NCBI GenBank assembly: GCA_000165425.1
Contig: CT868035.1
Coordinates: 62,001 to 126,000 of the forward strand
Source of the DNA: Paramecium tetraurelia
Taxonomy: Eukaryota
Length of the DNA stretch: 64,000 bases
Reading direction: 5' to 3'
Shown: one piece after another, positions 49,683-63,088 of the stretch
How positions within the stretch are numbered: the stretch's first letter is position 1
Layout: every line of letters begins with the position of its first letter
The notes under the pieces: model-generated
Told to the model about the DNA's origin: nothing
What the model saw: the letters and a program-made list of their open reading frames with translations, nothing else
The model's database searches: none
Position numbers and translations under genes: made by a program

Positions 49683-52066
49683 ATGTCAAATGTGTTAGAC
49701 AGGTGTTCAATGCATCAATAAGTGGGGATTGCTGTATAATGCTTGGTAAAAGATCAATATCACTACTCTATTTTATGTGAGAATTGCTTAGCTGAACGAG
49801 TTAGCAATAATCAAATATATTTATTGAAGGATGCCTAATCAGTTTTTGAAGAATTCAGATTATAGTGTTTAAGTGAATTTGAACTAGAGTAGAATGACAA
49901 AATTAGTTTCTATAGAAATTTGCAATTAATTGTTTAGAAATTGTAGAATCATTTTTTAGAAACATTCGATTAGATTAACAATTAAATAAATGAAAAATTA
50001 GAATTCATAACCCAAATTTTTAATTAGGGATATTTAAGTGGAAATTAAGAAATCTAAATCCTAAATCCTACTATAACAGAATTTGGTGAATAATTATTAG
50101 AGGAAATAACTAAGTTTGAGAATATTAAGAATATAGGGTAGTAAAATGCAATTGATTTTCAGAATCAAATATAATATTAGATATTAAAACTGCAGTAAAG
50201 TCAGATATTAAATGAGTGTCTTGAATTATTAATCTCAGTGGATGAAGGGAACTAAATTATATTGAAAGAGCAAAATGGAAAGAATTTGGAATATTAAAAG
50301 AAAAGTGTTTAAGTATGAATATAATAAAATATTGTTAAAAGAGAACTCCAAAGTTAGATTTAATGTGTAAAGAGCATGAAAAAGAAATAATAATATTTGA
50401 TCTAAGTGAATAGCAATCAAGAGAGAAACGAGCTAGATGTGTAGAATGCGATCCATGCATCTTTACTTCATTGTCAAAGTGTCAGAATATATGGAAAAAC
50501 TATGAAAGACAATAGTCAGAAATTTTAGAGTAGTTTTATTTATCGAGAAAATCATAAATTGGTAGTATTAAGCAATAGCTGCTTTAATTAAGGAGTTGCT
50601 TTACCTAAAAAATCAACGAAATTATTTAATAATTGAATGGAATAATGGCTTAGAGTGAATAGGAAGTGTTCACAAGAATAAACAGCATGAATAAAGATTG
50701 GAATACCATGACTATGGATGAGGTCTTGGATATAGCGGAGACATTAAGCAAGCAAGAGATGATGACGATATTAGTGAAAGAAATGGAAATCAAATATAAA
50801 ATGAAAAACTTAGATATTGATAGCATTTTCTAAAATAGTATTGAAGGGTTATAAGAAATTTATAATCAAATTACCTTATTAAAATTATGCTTGATTCAAG
50901 AAGAGCCTGAGGTTAGGAATGATGGATCACCTTAAAAAAATGATTGTCGGAAATAAAGTTCTAATAGTGCATAAAGCGAAAATCATTCAGTAGAATTAAG
51001 CATATCAAATTCAGATTAAAAGATTAAGTAAATTCAGAATAAAATCAAATCATTGGAAGAATGGAGAATTCAATAACTAAAATGGTCTGATAAATTTATC
51101 GATTATTAATTATTTTATACAAAAAAATAGGCTGAATGGTGTAATGCTATTGCATTTAATAAAGAAGGAAATATTATGATAGCAGGATGTATATTTTCAA
51201 TTAAAGTGTTTGATTTTTAAAAAGGAAGGATTGTTTAAACATATCAAGCTAAATAACATTAAGGTGATGTGAATTGTTTATTATTTAGTAAAATTCTTAA
51301 TTAATTTATCTCTGGGAGTGATGACAGAACTATCAGAATTTGGTCTTAAAGTGAGAAGAATGAATGGAAATGTATTTAAGTTTTGTAAGGACATCAAGAT
51401 TGGGTATTGTGCTTAATCTTAACAGAGGATGAATAAATACTCTTTTCTGGCAGTAGAGATAAAACTATTAAGAAATGGACTAAAAATCAAGATAATTAAA
51501 CATATCAATGCACCCAAACATTAGATCTCCATACTGATGCTGTGCTTGGGTTATCTTTAAATAAATCTGAATCATTTTTGGTATCGTCAAGTTACGATAA
51601 ATCTATAATAGTTTGGTATATAAAAGAAACATTTTTAGTTGAAAAAAAACAAATAATATAAAAAGACTCTTATGGTAATAGAATACTTTTTATTAATGAA
51701 ACATAATTTTTTTGGCAACCAAATAACAATCAAATTGTACATGTCTATAAATACAATGATCAATCATCATCTTTTGAGTCTTCTAAACATAATATTCAGT
51801 AATTCTAAGCAGATGATGATTATTAATATTTTCCTTCTAAATTCTTAAAAGCAAAAGGATTATTTGCTAATATTCACAATAGGTTTATATATATTACCAA
51901 ATAAATAAATGAGGAAGAGTTTGAAGTAGTCTAAATAATAGAATTCGATGATTATCGGAAATTTGGAGCATTCACAGAAAATGGAGAATATTTAGTCACA
52001 TGGCATTATACAGCTTGCGAATTTTAAATTAGAAAGAACGTTGGAAGTTCAAGAATATAATGGTGA
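49683..52066 (+). CDS. WD40-repeat protein with two N-terminal Cys/His (B-box-like) modules and coiled coils (~784 aa)
   Basis: CSMH..LCENC and CKEH..RCVEC modules; 29-nt intron at 50313-50341. WD repeats include HQGDVNCL..SGSDDRTIRIW, GHQDWVLCL..SGSRDKTIKKW and HTDAVLGL..SSSYDKSIIVW. Confidence 0.9.
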
Positions 52067-52329
52067 TAGTTTAATAAGTGTTTTATAATCAAATGCTAAT
52101 CGATAATTTATACTATAAATAAAATATATATTAATTGAATGTGGGTTGGGTGTGGGATCAAAATTAGTTTTATTTAAACGATTTTAAATATAATATTCTT
52201 TACTTTCAATTTAAATATATTTGATTAGATGTTAATTTAAGTATCTTCTTATCCATTAATTGATAATTTGATAGGGAATGAATAAGTTCTATAAATTACT
52301 CTAAAATTATAATTAATTAAAAAAATTCA

Positions 52330-53724
52330 TGATTACTTAAACCTAAATTTAGACTGTTTAGTTTATTGTGGTGAGATAGAAGGTAGATGAACATGAATTT
52401 TTTTCTGACTATTCACTTTTGGGATTGATAAATGCAGGTCCAATTAGGTTTAGTATCTATTCTGTGTATCTTAATATTAATATTAATATTAATTATTACT
52501 AAATTTATTCAATTATCTATTTTTCATTGTAGTAAAATCCTAATGAGAAGAAGTTTTAGTAAGTGCAAAACTCTTTTTCAAATTTTAGATTCTATGACGA
52601 TTCAAACTTATATGTTTCTGTTTGAACACGAGAAGTAATGGGAATTTGTTGATTTAACATTATTTCGTTAATTTCATCTGATTCTTAAGTCTTTAAATAA
52701 TACATTTCTTCCTAACATCTATCTCTTATAAATTTGATAATATTCAACGCATTGATGATCTTATATTATTGTTTTAATTACAATTAAGAATTTCTGGGTA
52801 AACGAATATCTCAATTTAATCTCTCTATTAGTAATTGGGTTATGATTTTGATCGTTCTCCTAACATCCAAGGATGCTCAAGACATTGTTCTGCAGTAATC
52901 CTATCAAAAGGATTATGGCAGACTGCATTTCTAACAAAGTCCTATGCCATTCTATTGTAAATATACTATATATACTCAGATAGATGATAAGGATAAGTTA
53001 TACTAAATTCTTAAGAGATTATTTTACAATACTCTTTTTTTTTCACTCCATCCTGCCAATTAGGATGCTTGTTTTTACACATCATCAAATAATAGATGAT
53101 TCCTAATGAGAATATATCGATTGCTTAAGTTTACTCTCCACCATTTATCACTTCAGGAGCAATGTAAAAGGGAGTGCCAACCTATTGACCAATAATGCCT
53201 CGACAAACCATTTAATAGCCTAATCATAAATCAATCAATTTCACTAAGTTATTAGCACAAATAAATATATTTTCTAGATTAATCACTATGGCATACCTGG
53301 TTTTAAGTCTCTATGAATGATTCCTTTACGATGAAGAAATACTAACGCATTTAGCATTTATTACATTATGTTTCTAACTTCAATTTCTTCTATACTTCTT
53401 TCCCTCAATATCACATCTAGAGTCTAACCAACCAGTTTCTCCTTTATCAAATAAATGTAGTTGTCCGCCTTGAAAACTCTATATAATTTCACTATATTTG
53501 GATGAAAACACTCCTATAAGAGACATAACTCCATCTCCTATTCAAAGTATTCAGTAACCTTAAATTAACACATTTTCTACTTTTATTGCTACTATTTTAT
53601 CTAAGTTTGAACTATAGGCAGCAATTACAATTCCAAAACTTCCTCTCCCTAAAATTTCAATAAAACAGTAGTATTCGCTCAATAAGATATCGTTTAAATC
53701 ATCAATTAAACTTTTAGGATCCAT
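52330..53724 (-). pseudogene. CAMK-like protein kinase gene with a nonsense codon in the DFG motif; 3' end approximate
   Basis: LGRGSFG, VAIK, HRDLKPEN and GTPFYIAPE are present, but the DFG position reads GAT TTA TGA (D-L-stop, 53224-53226). There is an apparent +1 frameshift near 52838. Confidence 0.8.
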
Positions 53725-53880
53725 TTTAATAAATTATAATAATATTTATTGCTATTTTGTGAAATTTCAATTTATTTGCTTCTGGATTTATTTCAATTAT
53801 TATTGGATCAAATTGTATTGTATTTTATGTTTCCTTAATAATAATTAACTGAATTATAAATGAATATATAAAATATATAA

Positions 53881-55479
53881 TCACCTATTGTTTCTACTCA
53901 TATAATCTCTATACTTCTTGAGTGCCTTTCTAACATCAGTAACCTTAGATTAAGCTATTTTAGTTATCAAATCCTTCATGTTTAATAATTCTTTGTCGTC
54001 TGATTTTCCAACCCAAGATGAAATCACCAATCCATTCTCTTATTACAATTAAAAATTGATAGGAGTATTGTCAATGATTATTGTTTTCTCTAAAGGTCTT
54101 CCTATCTTACTTAAATCCTATTTGTAAGATTTATTAATACTTTAATAAAATGAATACCATTATAAACTGTTTGATGTCTATATAATTTATGATCAATAAG
54201 GTGATCACATTGAATTTGAGAAATGGCATTATCTGCATACTTAATAATATTTAAAGTTATACATTTTGTTGGCCTGCTGTAAATATTATTATTTCACAAA
54301 ATGGTTTAATGCTTTCGAGAAATTGGAATAACCATGGTCGGGAGATGAATTTGTTCAATTATTCACTCTATATATCGCATAAAACTATACAAAATGTCCC
54401 ATTGTTTCATCCAAATCCAGTATTATGCACAATTATTTTAAAAATGGTGATTAAATGAAAGGACTATTCATAAGATCTACACTCACTTGCGATTGTCTTT
54501 TGGGAACCATATGCGCGTTGAACAATGTTTTCAAAGGAGATTAATATTCTTGTTTTTTTATTTGTTATGTTGACAAATAAATAGCATTTCTTAATTGTGG
54601 TCTACTTATTGTAACATCTAAAATATTTAAATGCTATAATTAATATCTGCAAGTTATTATTATTGCTTGTATACCCTAATTATCATTTTGTAATAATTTT
54701 TCAATTATTGACTTAATGAAACAATTATTTCGTTTTATTTCCTAAGGAAAACTGATGCAAGGATTGTTTCTTTCTAAAATTACATCAATCTTTTATTATA
54801 ATTACTCAACTAATTGATTCCTTTGTTTTAAATGTTTAATCATTTGATTCAAAAATAGAGCAAAATTCTCTACGAATAATTTTGTTAAAACTGTCATTTC
54901 TTAGTAATATATCTGTTAATTGTGAAGAATGTTGTCTTTCAATTAACACTAAACAAACGAAAATGAAATATCACTTAAGAAAATATACTCCCAAAGGATT
55001 TTCTAAGTTGCTGGACGAACAAAGTAATAAAGATATTATTCTTGTCTGAACTCAAACACTGCTTCCCAATATAATTAAAAATTTGGTGTTTCAGTTTTAT
55101 TTTGTAGACTTTCAAAAATGGCTTTCATATTCTAGAGTTGAATTTGCCCTGCATTAATATCAAAGGAGTGATTAGTTTGCATGAATGTATCAACCTAAGA
55201 ATTTGGTCTGGTAAATGTGGATGAGAAAGTTCCTTTCATTCGATCTGTTTATCTTGTTCCACTTCTTTAAATTCTTTCACCATCCTATTCTAGAGATCTC
55301 AAAGTTCGTTTGGCCTACTATAACGGAGTTTCTAATATTTTTCTCTAATTTTATAATTCCCTGATCAGATGGTAATTATTGCTATACTTAATTGTAAAAT
55401 ATTCTAATTCAAGTTTTCATTTACTTGTTATTTCATCAGAACTTTTTTCGAAATGTGCTAATACTTATGGCTGTTTCAT
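53881..55479 (-). CDS. NIF/SCP-like (HAD family) CTD small phosphatase
   Basis: ILDLDETM catalytic motif, SRPWLFQFL, IFTAG, LYRHQT, KDLSKIGRPLEKTIIIDN and ENGLVISSW..DDKEL; tiny introns; TGA at 53881-53883. Confidence 0.92.
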
Positions 55480-55892
55480 GATAATTAATTTTATTATATA
55501 TAATAGATGTTTATTGAAATATTCATTTACATAATACTAGTATGCTTTAACTAAACTTCCTATCTAATTTATATCATCTTAAATATACGGACATCACAAT
55601 TTAATGTTTTTTTTAAACTTGCTTATTCATATAATAATCAAAATGTTTTTATAATTAAATTCATTATGTAGTTTTATGCCTTTTTTACTTGTAGGCGCTT
55701 TATTTTCTTAGATTTTTACAAACATTTACATATGTAATTCAATTTGATTGGATTCATAAATTTATGTTTTCAATCATTGATTAAATGTCTACTATAATTA
55801 ATTGAATTTCAAATATCAATCTTACAATTAGAAGTACTTAGAATTATATATTTGATAATTATCACATTAATTATATGAATAATTAATTTAAA

Positions 55893-56297
55893 TCAAACAG
55901 CCTGGCTTGGATCTTCCTTAGCTGAATATAAATAAGCATGAATATTAGGTAAAACACCTCCATCAGCAATAGTAGTATTTGCCATTAATTTGTTCAATTC
56001 ATCGTCATTTCTAATAGCTAAGAGGATGTGTCTTGGGTTGATTCTATTCTTCTTGTTATCTTTGGCAGCATTTCCAGCGAGTTCTAAAACTTCCGCCGCC
56101 AAATATTCAAGCACAGCAGACAAATAAACTGGAGCACCTGCACCAACTCTTTCTGTATATCTTCCTTATTTCAAATATCTTGAAACTCTTCCAACTGGAA
56201 ATTATAACCCAGCCTTGTGTGATCTAGAAACTGATTTATGAGCTCCAGCTGCCTTTCCTCCTTTTCCTGCTTTTCCTGCTTTTCCTCCAGGTGACAT
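55893..56297 (-). CDS. H2A: Histone H2A with C-terminal SQ motif (H2A.X-like), 134 aa
   Basis: [85 protein letters not shown]-stop; intronless. Confidence 0.97.
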
Positions 56298-56984
56298 TTT
56301 TTTTATTTATTTATCTACTTACAAAATCATATCAACTTTAAACTTATTCAATATTCTTTTTTTCTATTAATTATCCAATCATATTTTAGATCTCAAAGCT
56401 CGTTAGCCATAAAGAAAATATAATTAAATTCAAGAATTCTTCTTTATCACATATTATCTTAAATACAATTCCTTCCAATAAAATTAAATAAGTAGACTAT
56501 TGTCCAAAAAGATACATTAAAAGATATAAATTAATAATGTTAGATAAATACAATAATGTTATTAAGACATTGTTAAGAATATGTATTAATAAATAACCAA
56601 AGAAAATTTCAATTTCAATGAGTAAATTAATTTATCTAAACTTAATAGTTTTATTCATAATAATTACTTAATAATATCTGTCAACTAAAATATTGAATGC
56701 TTGTTTAATTTGAATTCAGATTTTCTGAATACAATGAGCTCATAATTACAAATAATTTAGATAAATAAATATAATTTATGAATTTGATATAGCTATAAAG
56801 TGGCGTTTTTTGATTATGGAGAATTTCTTAATTATTGTTTTTAAAGTAATTCAAATTATACAAATCATAACTATAAATTATTAAGAATATAATAAGAAAA
56901 AATATAAGGATAATTGTCCTATTAAGGATTAAAAAAAAAGATAAATAAATACAGTTGAAATAGAATTAAATAGAGAAATTTAAA

Positions 56985-57600
56985 ATGCAGGCAAAAAAGC
57001 CAAAATTGAATCGAGAAATTAAAGAGTAACATGATGAGTATTAAACTCGATAATAATAGAAATTTGAAGTAGAAAAATCAAACATATGTTAGCAATTCAA
57101 GAAAAGAAAAAATAATGAGAACAATAAAACAACATGAAATGAAGAGAATTTGATAAGAGGGATTTAGACCATAATGAATTATTATTAAAATATGCTAAAG
57201 TATGAATAAAGTGAGGAAGAGAATAGAAGAACAAAAATTAGCATAGTATAAAAAATTTCAGAAAATTAATTTAATTAGATCAAGGTAGTTCTGAGTTGTT
57301 TATTTACGCAATTGAGATTTAATAAAATTAAAATAATTTGGAATTTGGGAGAATAAAATGGTTTGATAAATTAATGGGAAATACTGTCATATAATATAAA
57401 TTGAAATTGAAATGTGAGATATGAATTAAGTTTTACATAAAGAGAGTCTAATAATAATTTCAAATTCAGACGATGAATGACTCGAAGCGAATTATTGGAG
57501 GTGGAAAACGGAATAGATGAATTGAAATCATTTTGGTTTGATTTTTAAAGGATTTAAGAGGAAAAAATAATTGTAAAACGATTTATAACAGAGAATTACA
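56985..57600 (+). pseudogene. Degraded coiled-coil-like coding remnant
   Basis: E/K/Q-rich fragments (MQAKKPKLNREIKEQHDEYQTRQQQKFEVEK) interrupted by TGA stops and frame changes. Confidence 0.3.
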
Positions 57601-57635
57601 ATTATGAATATTAAATAATATATTTATATAATAAC

Positions 57636-58230
57636 ATGAAATGCGAAGTGAAAACTGTTAAACTTAAAATTCTAGGATTGACTGATTTAAGTAAAATTAT
57701 AAGAAATTCCTCGTATGAAATATAGGTATATTTTGGAGGTGCAAGATAATCAACCAAAATATTAAATTATTATGTTGGTATGTAATTAAGTCATTAGATT
57801 AGCATCTGAATAAATTGAAATTAATTAAGACCTTGAGTTAAATAGTATTCATGGGAAACAATTATAATTTTGGTTGTTTGATAAATTGAAAAATAAATTT
57901 ATTGGAGCAGGATCATATGAATTGAGTGAAAATTAAGTTGAAGGATTTCAATTGTTAGATTTAAAAATCGATACAGTTATAACGTGTGTTTTAATGTTTG
58001 AGTTGGTTGTTGAAGTGAAAGACATTTATAAGCCTGTTGTTTTAGAAGATGATAATGTGATATTAAAGAAAGACGACTCGGAAGAAAAGAGAAAAGAATA
58101 GGAAAGGTTGGAGTAAGAGGAGAAACTTAGAAAACAATAAGAAGAAGAAAGAAGGCTATTATAAAAATAAAACAAAGTTTCCATAGTCACATTAACTGAT
58201 AGATATGTTGAAGATTAATCTTATTATTGA
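57636..58230 (+). CDS. C2-domain-like protein with C-terminal charged coiled coil (189 aa)
   Basis: ATG at 57636, 25-nt intron, TGA at 58228-58230. YEIQVYFGGARQSTK and LQFWLFDKLKNKFIGAGSYEL resemble C2 strands. Confidence 0.7.
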
Positions 58231-58253
58231 ATAATATATATATATTTTGAATA

Positions 58254-61200
58254 TCAATTTGATTTTAGTTCCATCTTTAAAGGTTTTTTGAATTTGTTCA
58301 CTATTCGCTTCACACTAAAAACAAATGTATATTTTGATGGAATAAATCTTGATAATCTCCATTTCAAAAATAAGTTTAATCTGTTAATCACATTTTAGTA
58401 GTTATCAACAGGATAATATAAATTGTAAGAGTACATCCTCTCAAATTCTTCAGAATCTTGATCCGCTCTTTTATACATACTTAAATCGACCATACCTACT
58501 CCAGTTGGTATGCGAATATTCGATCTAATTATTGGACTAACAGTTGATCTGAATTAAGTAATAGTCCCTTGGCGTAGAGGGATAGTTGACAATTTTGATG
58601 AAAACCTTTTCATTGATTGTCTCACTTAAGAAGAACTTTAGCTCTGTCTGCCCAACTGTCTACCATATGGAGAACTGGTTTAGTCATCAGAATGTTATCT
58701 ATTCGATAAGTTTAGAGTGTCAGAATCTTCTTCCCTTATTCTTGACAGGTTCTTCTTCATTTTATCAACAATATTACTTTATGGCCTAGTTTTTGTGTTA
58801 TTTCTTAATCTTTATGATTGCTTTTGACTTTACTAACTATCTGTATCTCCTTTAAATGTAAGATGGGGAGTGTTTTTAATTCTTTTGACAGAAGGAATAG
58901 GCGCTTCATTAGCAATTAATTATGAAGAAGTTGCTGTTTGTATCAATTACGAAGGTTACAAAGGGTCTTAAGGCGTTTATGTTCTTTTCATTTTTTAAGG
59001 TTCTTGTGGTACTAAAGAAAACTTATATAGTTATTGTTGCTGTTATTAAAAATCTGCTTAATATTAGAATTGAGCGGTGCTTAGTGTTCCTTTTTAGTTG
59101 TTCGGTCTTATAATAAACATTTAATCATTTTCATCACAGATATCTTGTAGAACTTTCGAATTCTCTTTGACTTAATCTTATTGTTTTAGTATACTAACAA
59201 TAGTTCTACAATAGAGTTTAAGTTTTACCCATCTTATTTATCTACTATTCTATTATCAGAATAACCTTCATCGCTTTAATAATCATCGCTTAATTCAGAG
59301 CATGATTCCAAATCATCATCTTAAATATCATCATCATCTTCATCTTCATCATCATCATATATTATATCATATTTTAATCTAAATATTTTAAGTGCATCGT
59401 AATTTTACTATAAATATTATTCTAGATTTTACAATCAATTTTGAAAATATTCTATTAAATTCTTTTCTTACATCTTTTGGAGTTCTAGAAAAGCTAGATC
59501 TTTATTATTAATTATAATTGTCTTATTTGTATACTTTTTCAAGATCTGGGGTATACCTCCAAATAGGACACTTAGAAATTAAATGATCTGATGCTCTGCA
59601 AGAGTAACAACACATATTAAGAATACTGAATTGTTGATTCAAGAAAGAATGCCTAATAAAAAAATATCTCTCATGGTCGATCTTATTTTATTAGATTAAT
59701 TATATAAACTTTGATTATTGGATCTTATATAATGAAACGAACCCTTTAGCTTTTGCAGATGCTTACCTTAATTGACCTGAGAAAAATGAAAATTCACCAA
59801 AAGATTCTCCAGAAACCAAATGAGCCAACTGAGTATTTTAGTCAAGTATTGAGATTTCACCAGAATCAATAATATACAAAGAACAATCATCTTGCTTACG
59901 CTTTTAAATCACAAATTCATTAGGATTAAATTTAACATACTCCATGATTTAGGTCAAATTTTCAAGGGTATCTTTTGAAAATTTGAATAGAGACTTACAA
60001 TTAAATAAAGCTTTGATTCTCATTTATAGAAACAACTCTTCTTTAAGGGTAGGTGGAAGTTATTAAATTAAAATTTAGATCTAATTATCTAAATGTATAT
60101 AACAATATTACCTAGTCGTCCTTATTACCCTATTATTAAATGAACCTCATATAATTTCTAATTCTGGCTGACATTTACAATGTAATTCCTCTTTTGGATA
60201 AGAAATGATTCATTATTTCCATCTATGATAAAGTCTTGTTATAATTCTAATATTGCTGTTTCATCATAAATCCAGTGTGATTAATGATAATTGCAATCAT
60301 CCAACAGGAGATAAACATAATGATCGTTGAATAAATTAATTCTACATTTGTTTTAACATGAATCAATCCTAATCCAACATTTAACATCAGACATGTATTA
60401 ATATAAATAGAATAACAATATCTTGTCCATTCATCCTCATCTTAAATATTCAAGGTCATCATCCAAGAGTTTTATTGTTCTATTCCTATGAAGTGCCAGA
60501 AACATGAACATGAATGAATTGCATATAACACTATCACAAATATTTTGTAGCAACCAATATCAAAAGGAAGAAAATCATTTATTCTAAATATTAAGAAATT
60601 CAATTTCTAAACTCCTAAACAAATTTTAATTAATAAAATACACCAAATTAATACATAATTTGTAGATAAGTACAATGATAATGTTGTTGCCACTAAATAC
60701 AAAATATCTAACAAAGTTTGACGTTTAATAAATTACAATTTATACTTAATTTGAAAGTTTACAAATTTACCTTCTTAAATTTAAGGTTTTATATAATTTA
60801 TTGGCAAATCTGAAATAATTATTAATATAGCAATTATTTCTAAAGCAATGTTTGTTTCTTATTAAAAACTTATTTTGAACGGCAACCAAACACATAACAT
60901 TATAATACAAATTATCACAATTATATCCCAAAAAAGAAAACATAAGGGGTGAATTTATTATTTATTCATCTCATCTTTAATGGTATAATGAGGGCTATTT
61001 TCTAAATAGTTTTCAATTAATAATTATTTTTAGTATCCATTAAAATAATTTTCTCGATATATGTATGCTTTTTGAAGAAGTGTATTAGCGAATTGTTTAA
61101 CAATTTTCTTGTCAAATATGTTTCTACTTACAGCCTCTGTTAAATTAAGTTCAGAATAAAGCGGCTACTTACGTGAGGATCGCATTCCTTAATTAAATTA

Positions 61201-61506
61201 ACTTTTCTTTAATTTCTTTGATTCGTCAACGTTTTTATTATCAAATCCTTCAGAATTTACATTCAGTGTCTAAGCCTTTCTATTCTAATCTTAATGATTT
61301 TATCCATTATCTCTATAAGAAATGAACGATCTTAATGGTTCTGTAATTGGAGATGGACAGATAAATGATGAATTTATTGTAGGCGGTTTTAAATCTGATG
61401 GTGTTTGCATTAGTTTCGGTAATTATGATTATGAAATTTATCGCCGTTTGACTTATTCTATTTGATTGGACTCATTATCAAAGGAAGAACTGTCGGAATT
61501 ATGCAT
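58254..61506 (-). CDS. Cyclic-nucleotide-binding-domain (EAG/CNG-like) 6TM cation channel subunit with divergent pore
   Basis: IHPLCFLFWDIIV (S1), IHSCSCFWHFIG (S5), pore TCLMLNVGLGLIHV, C-linker, CNBD GESFGEFSFFSGQLRQASAK, CCHC knuckle CYSCRASDHLISKC, acidic tract, TGA at 58254-58256. Confidence 0.88.
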
Positions 61507-61956
61507 TGCTATTTTAATAAATATATTTGAAATATATTATTTCGAATAAGTTAATATTATAGAAATCTTATTACAATGAATATTAATAATAAATAAAGTT
61601 CTATACATATCCAATGTTTCAACGAATCTAGTCAATAAGTAATTATTAAAATAATAAGAAGTTTGATTTTTTTTAAATTTTTTATCCAATGAACGATGAT
61701 GTTTGGAAAATCTATTAAAATATGGAAAACAATAGCATCATATTCAATTTAACTTTATATATTGATAAATTCCTTTTGACCAAATGACAAGGATTCGAAA
61801 AATTCTTTATCAATTTTCGGTTTATAATATTTTCAGAAAATTATTAATCATTAGATATTATTTTCATTATATATCAATTTCAATAGAATAAATAAGCTGA
61901 ATTCTTTTAATAAATTTGCAACAAGAATAATGATTATATATAGAAATTAAACCCAA

Positions 61957-63031
61957 TCATTCAAACTTTATTTCTTTGTAGTCTTCTTCTTATTCTATTC
62001 CAATCCACCCATATTTTTTTAATTCATTTATTCCTTAAAGTAATTAAAGATTTAATCTTGCATTTATGGAATGATTTGCTCTCTTATGATAGGATCTGTG
62101 AAACCATTCTATTTAATTTATTAAGAGTGGCATTTTTTTCATAAGTTTGACCAGTATTAAATAGAATAGGTTCATTCATAATTTCATAAGATATAACACA
62201 AGTAAATGATTAAGGTATGGGTATATCTTATAGCATCTTTTTTTATGTTGATTATTCCAGATGATTACAATCCAATTTAACATTTCTAATTTATGCTAAT
62301 TCTGCAAGTATGCTTTTAAAAGATTAGACATCTATCAGTAGATATTTAAATGTTAATACTTCTTCTATCCATTTCTTAAGCAAAATCAGAAAATCCATTC
62401 GCTTTCCCTTTCCTAAATTTTAATTTATTAGAACCTTCAATTTGTTCTTTTATTAGTCGGTATTATCCTTTATACAATCATTTGCTTTATTATAAAGAGT
62501 ATATTACCTTAGTCTAAGTACTGCAAGCCTTTGTGGGCCTATTTTATTAATTATTCACTTATTTCTTGATATTTCTAGACCACTAGTAAAGTTATTGTTC
62601 CATAAATAAAGTGTGCTCTAGCATTTGTTTAATCAATTTTAATTGCTTATTCCTTGTCCTATCTTGCTTCTTTATATCTATTCAAAAGTTTATATGGACT
62701 GCTCTATTTGAGTATTAAATAGAATCAGTGCCATGCAGATTCTAAATATATTTGTTATACTATAGCTTTCGTATAGCATTCAATAGCTTTTTAATAGTTT
62801 TTTTGAGAGAAAAAGTTATTGCCCTTTGCTTTTTCCTCCAAAGATTGCTGTATATTGTCTGTATACTTTGGAGTGGAATTAGGATTTATGTTACTCCAAC
62901 TAATTTATTAAAGAGTAGGTTTTTTTGCTGCTTTAAAGACTTTTCTTTAGTATTAGGGGTCTTATTGTGGAAATATTTTCTGGATGTAAATTAAGAAATT
63001 ATAAGGCTTCATTTGAGTGTGCTTATCCCAT
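61957..63031 (-). pseudogene. CHIP/STUB1-like TPR plus U-box E3 ligase, multiply frameshifted
   Basis: TPR segments EEKAKGNNFFSQKNYQKAIECYTKAI..YSNRA and AIKIDQTNARAHF; U-box IPQSFTCVISYEIMNEPILLNTGQTYE..NGFTDPI. Several frame changes are not explained by GT..AG introns. Confidence 0.8.
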
Positions 63032-63088
63032 TATTGATTAATAAATTATCAAATTTACTTCAAAAACAAAATTAAAAAAAAGGTGAAA

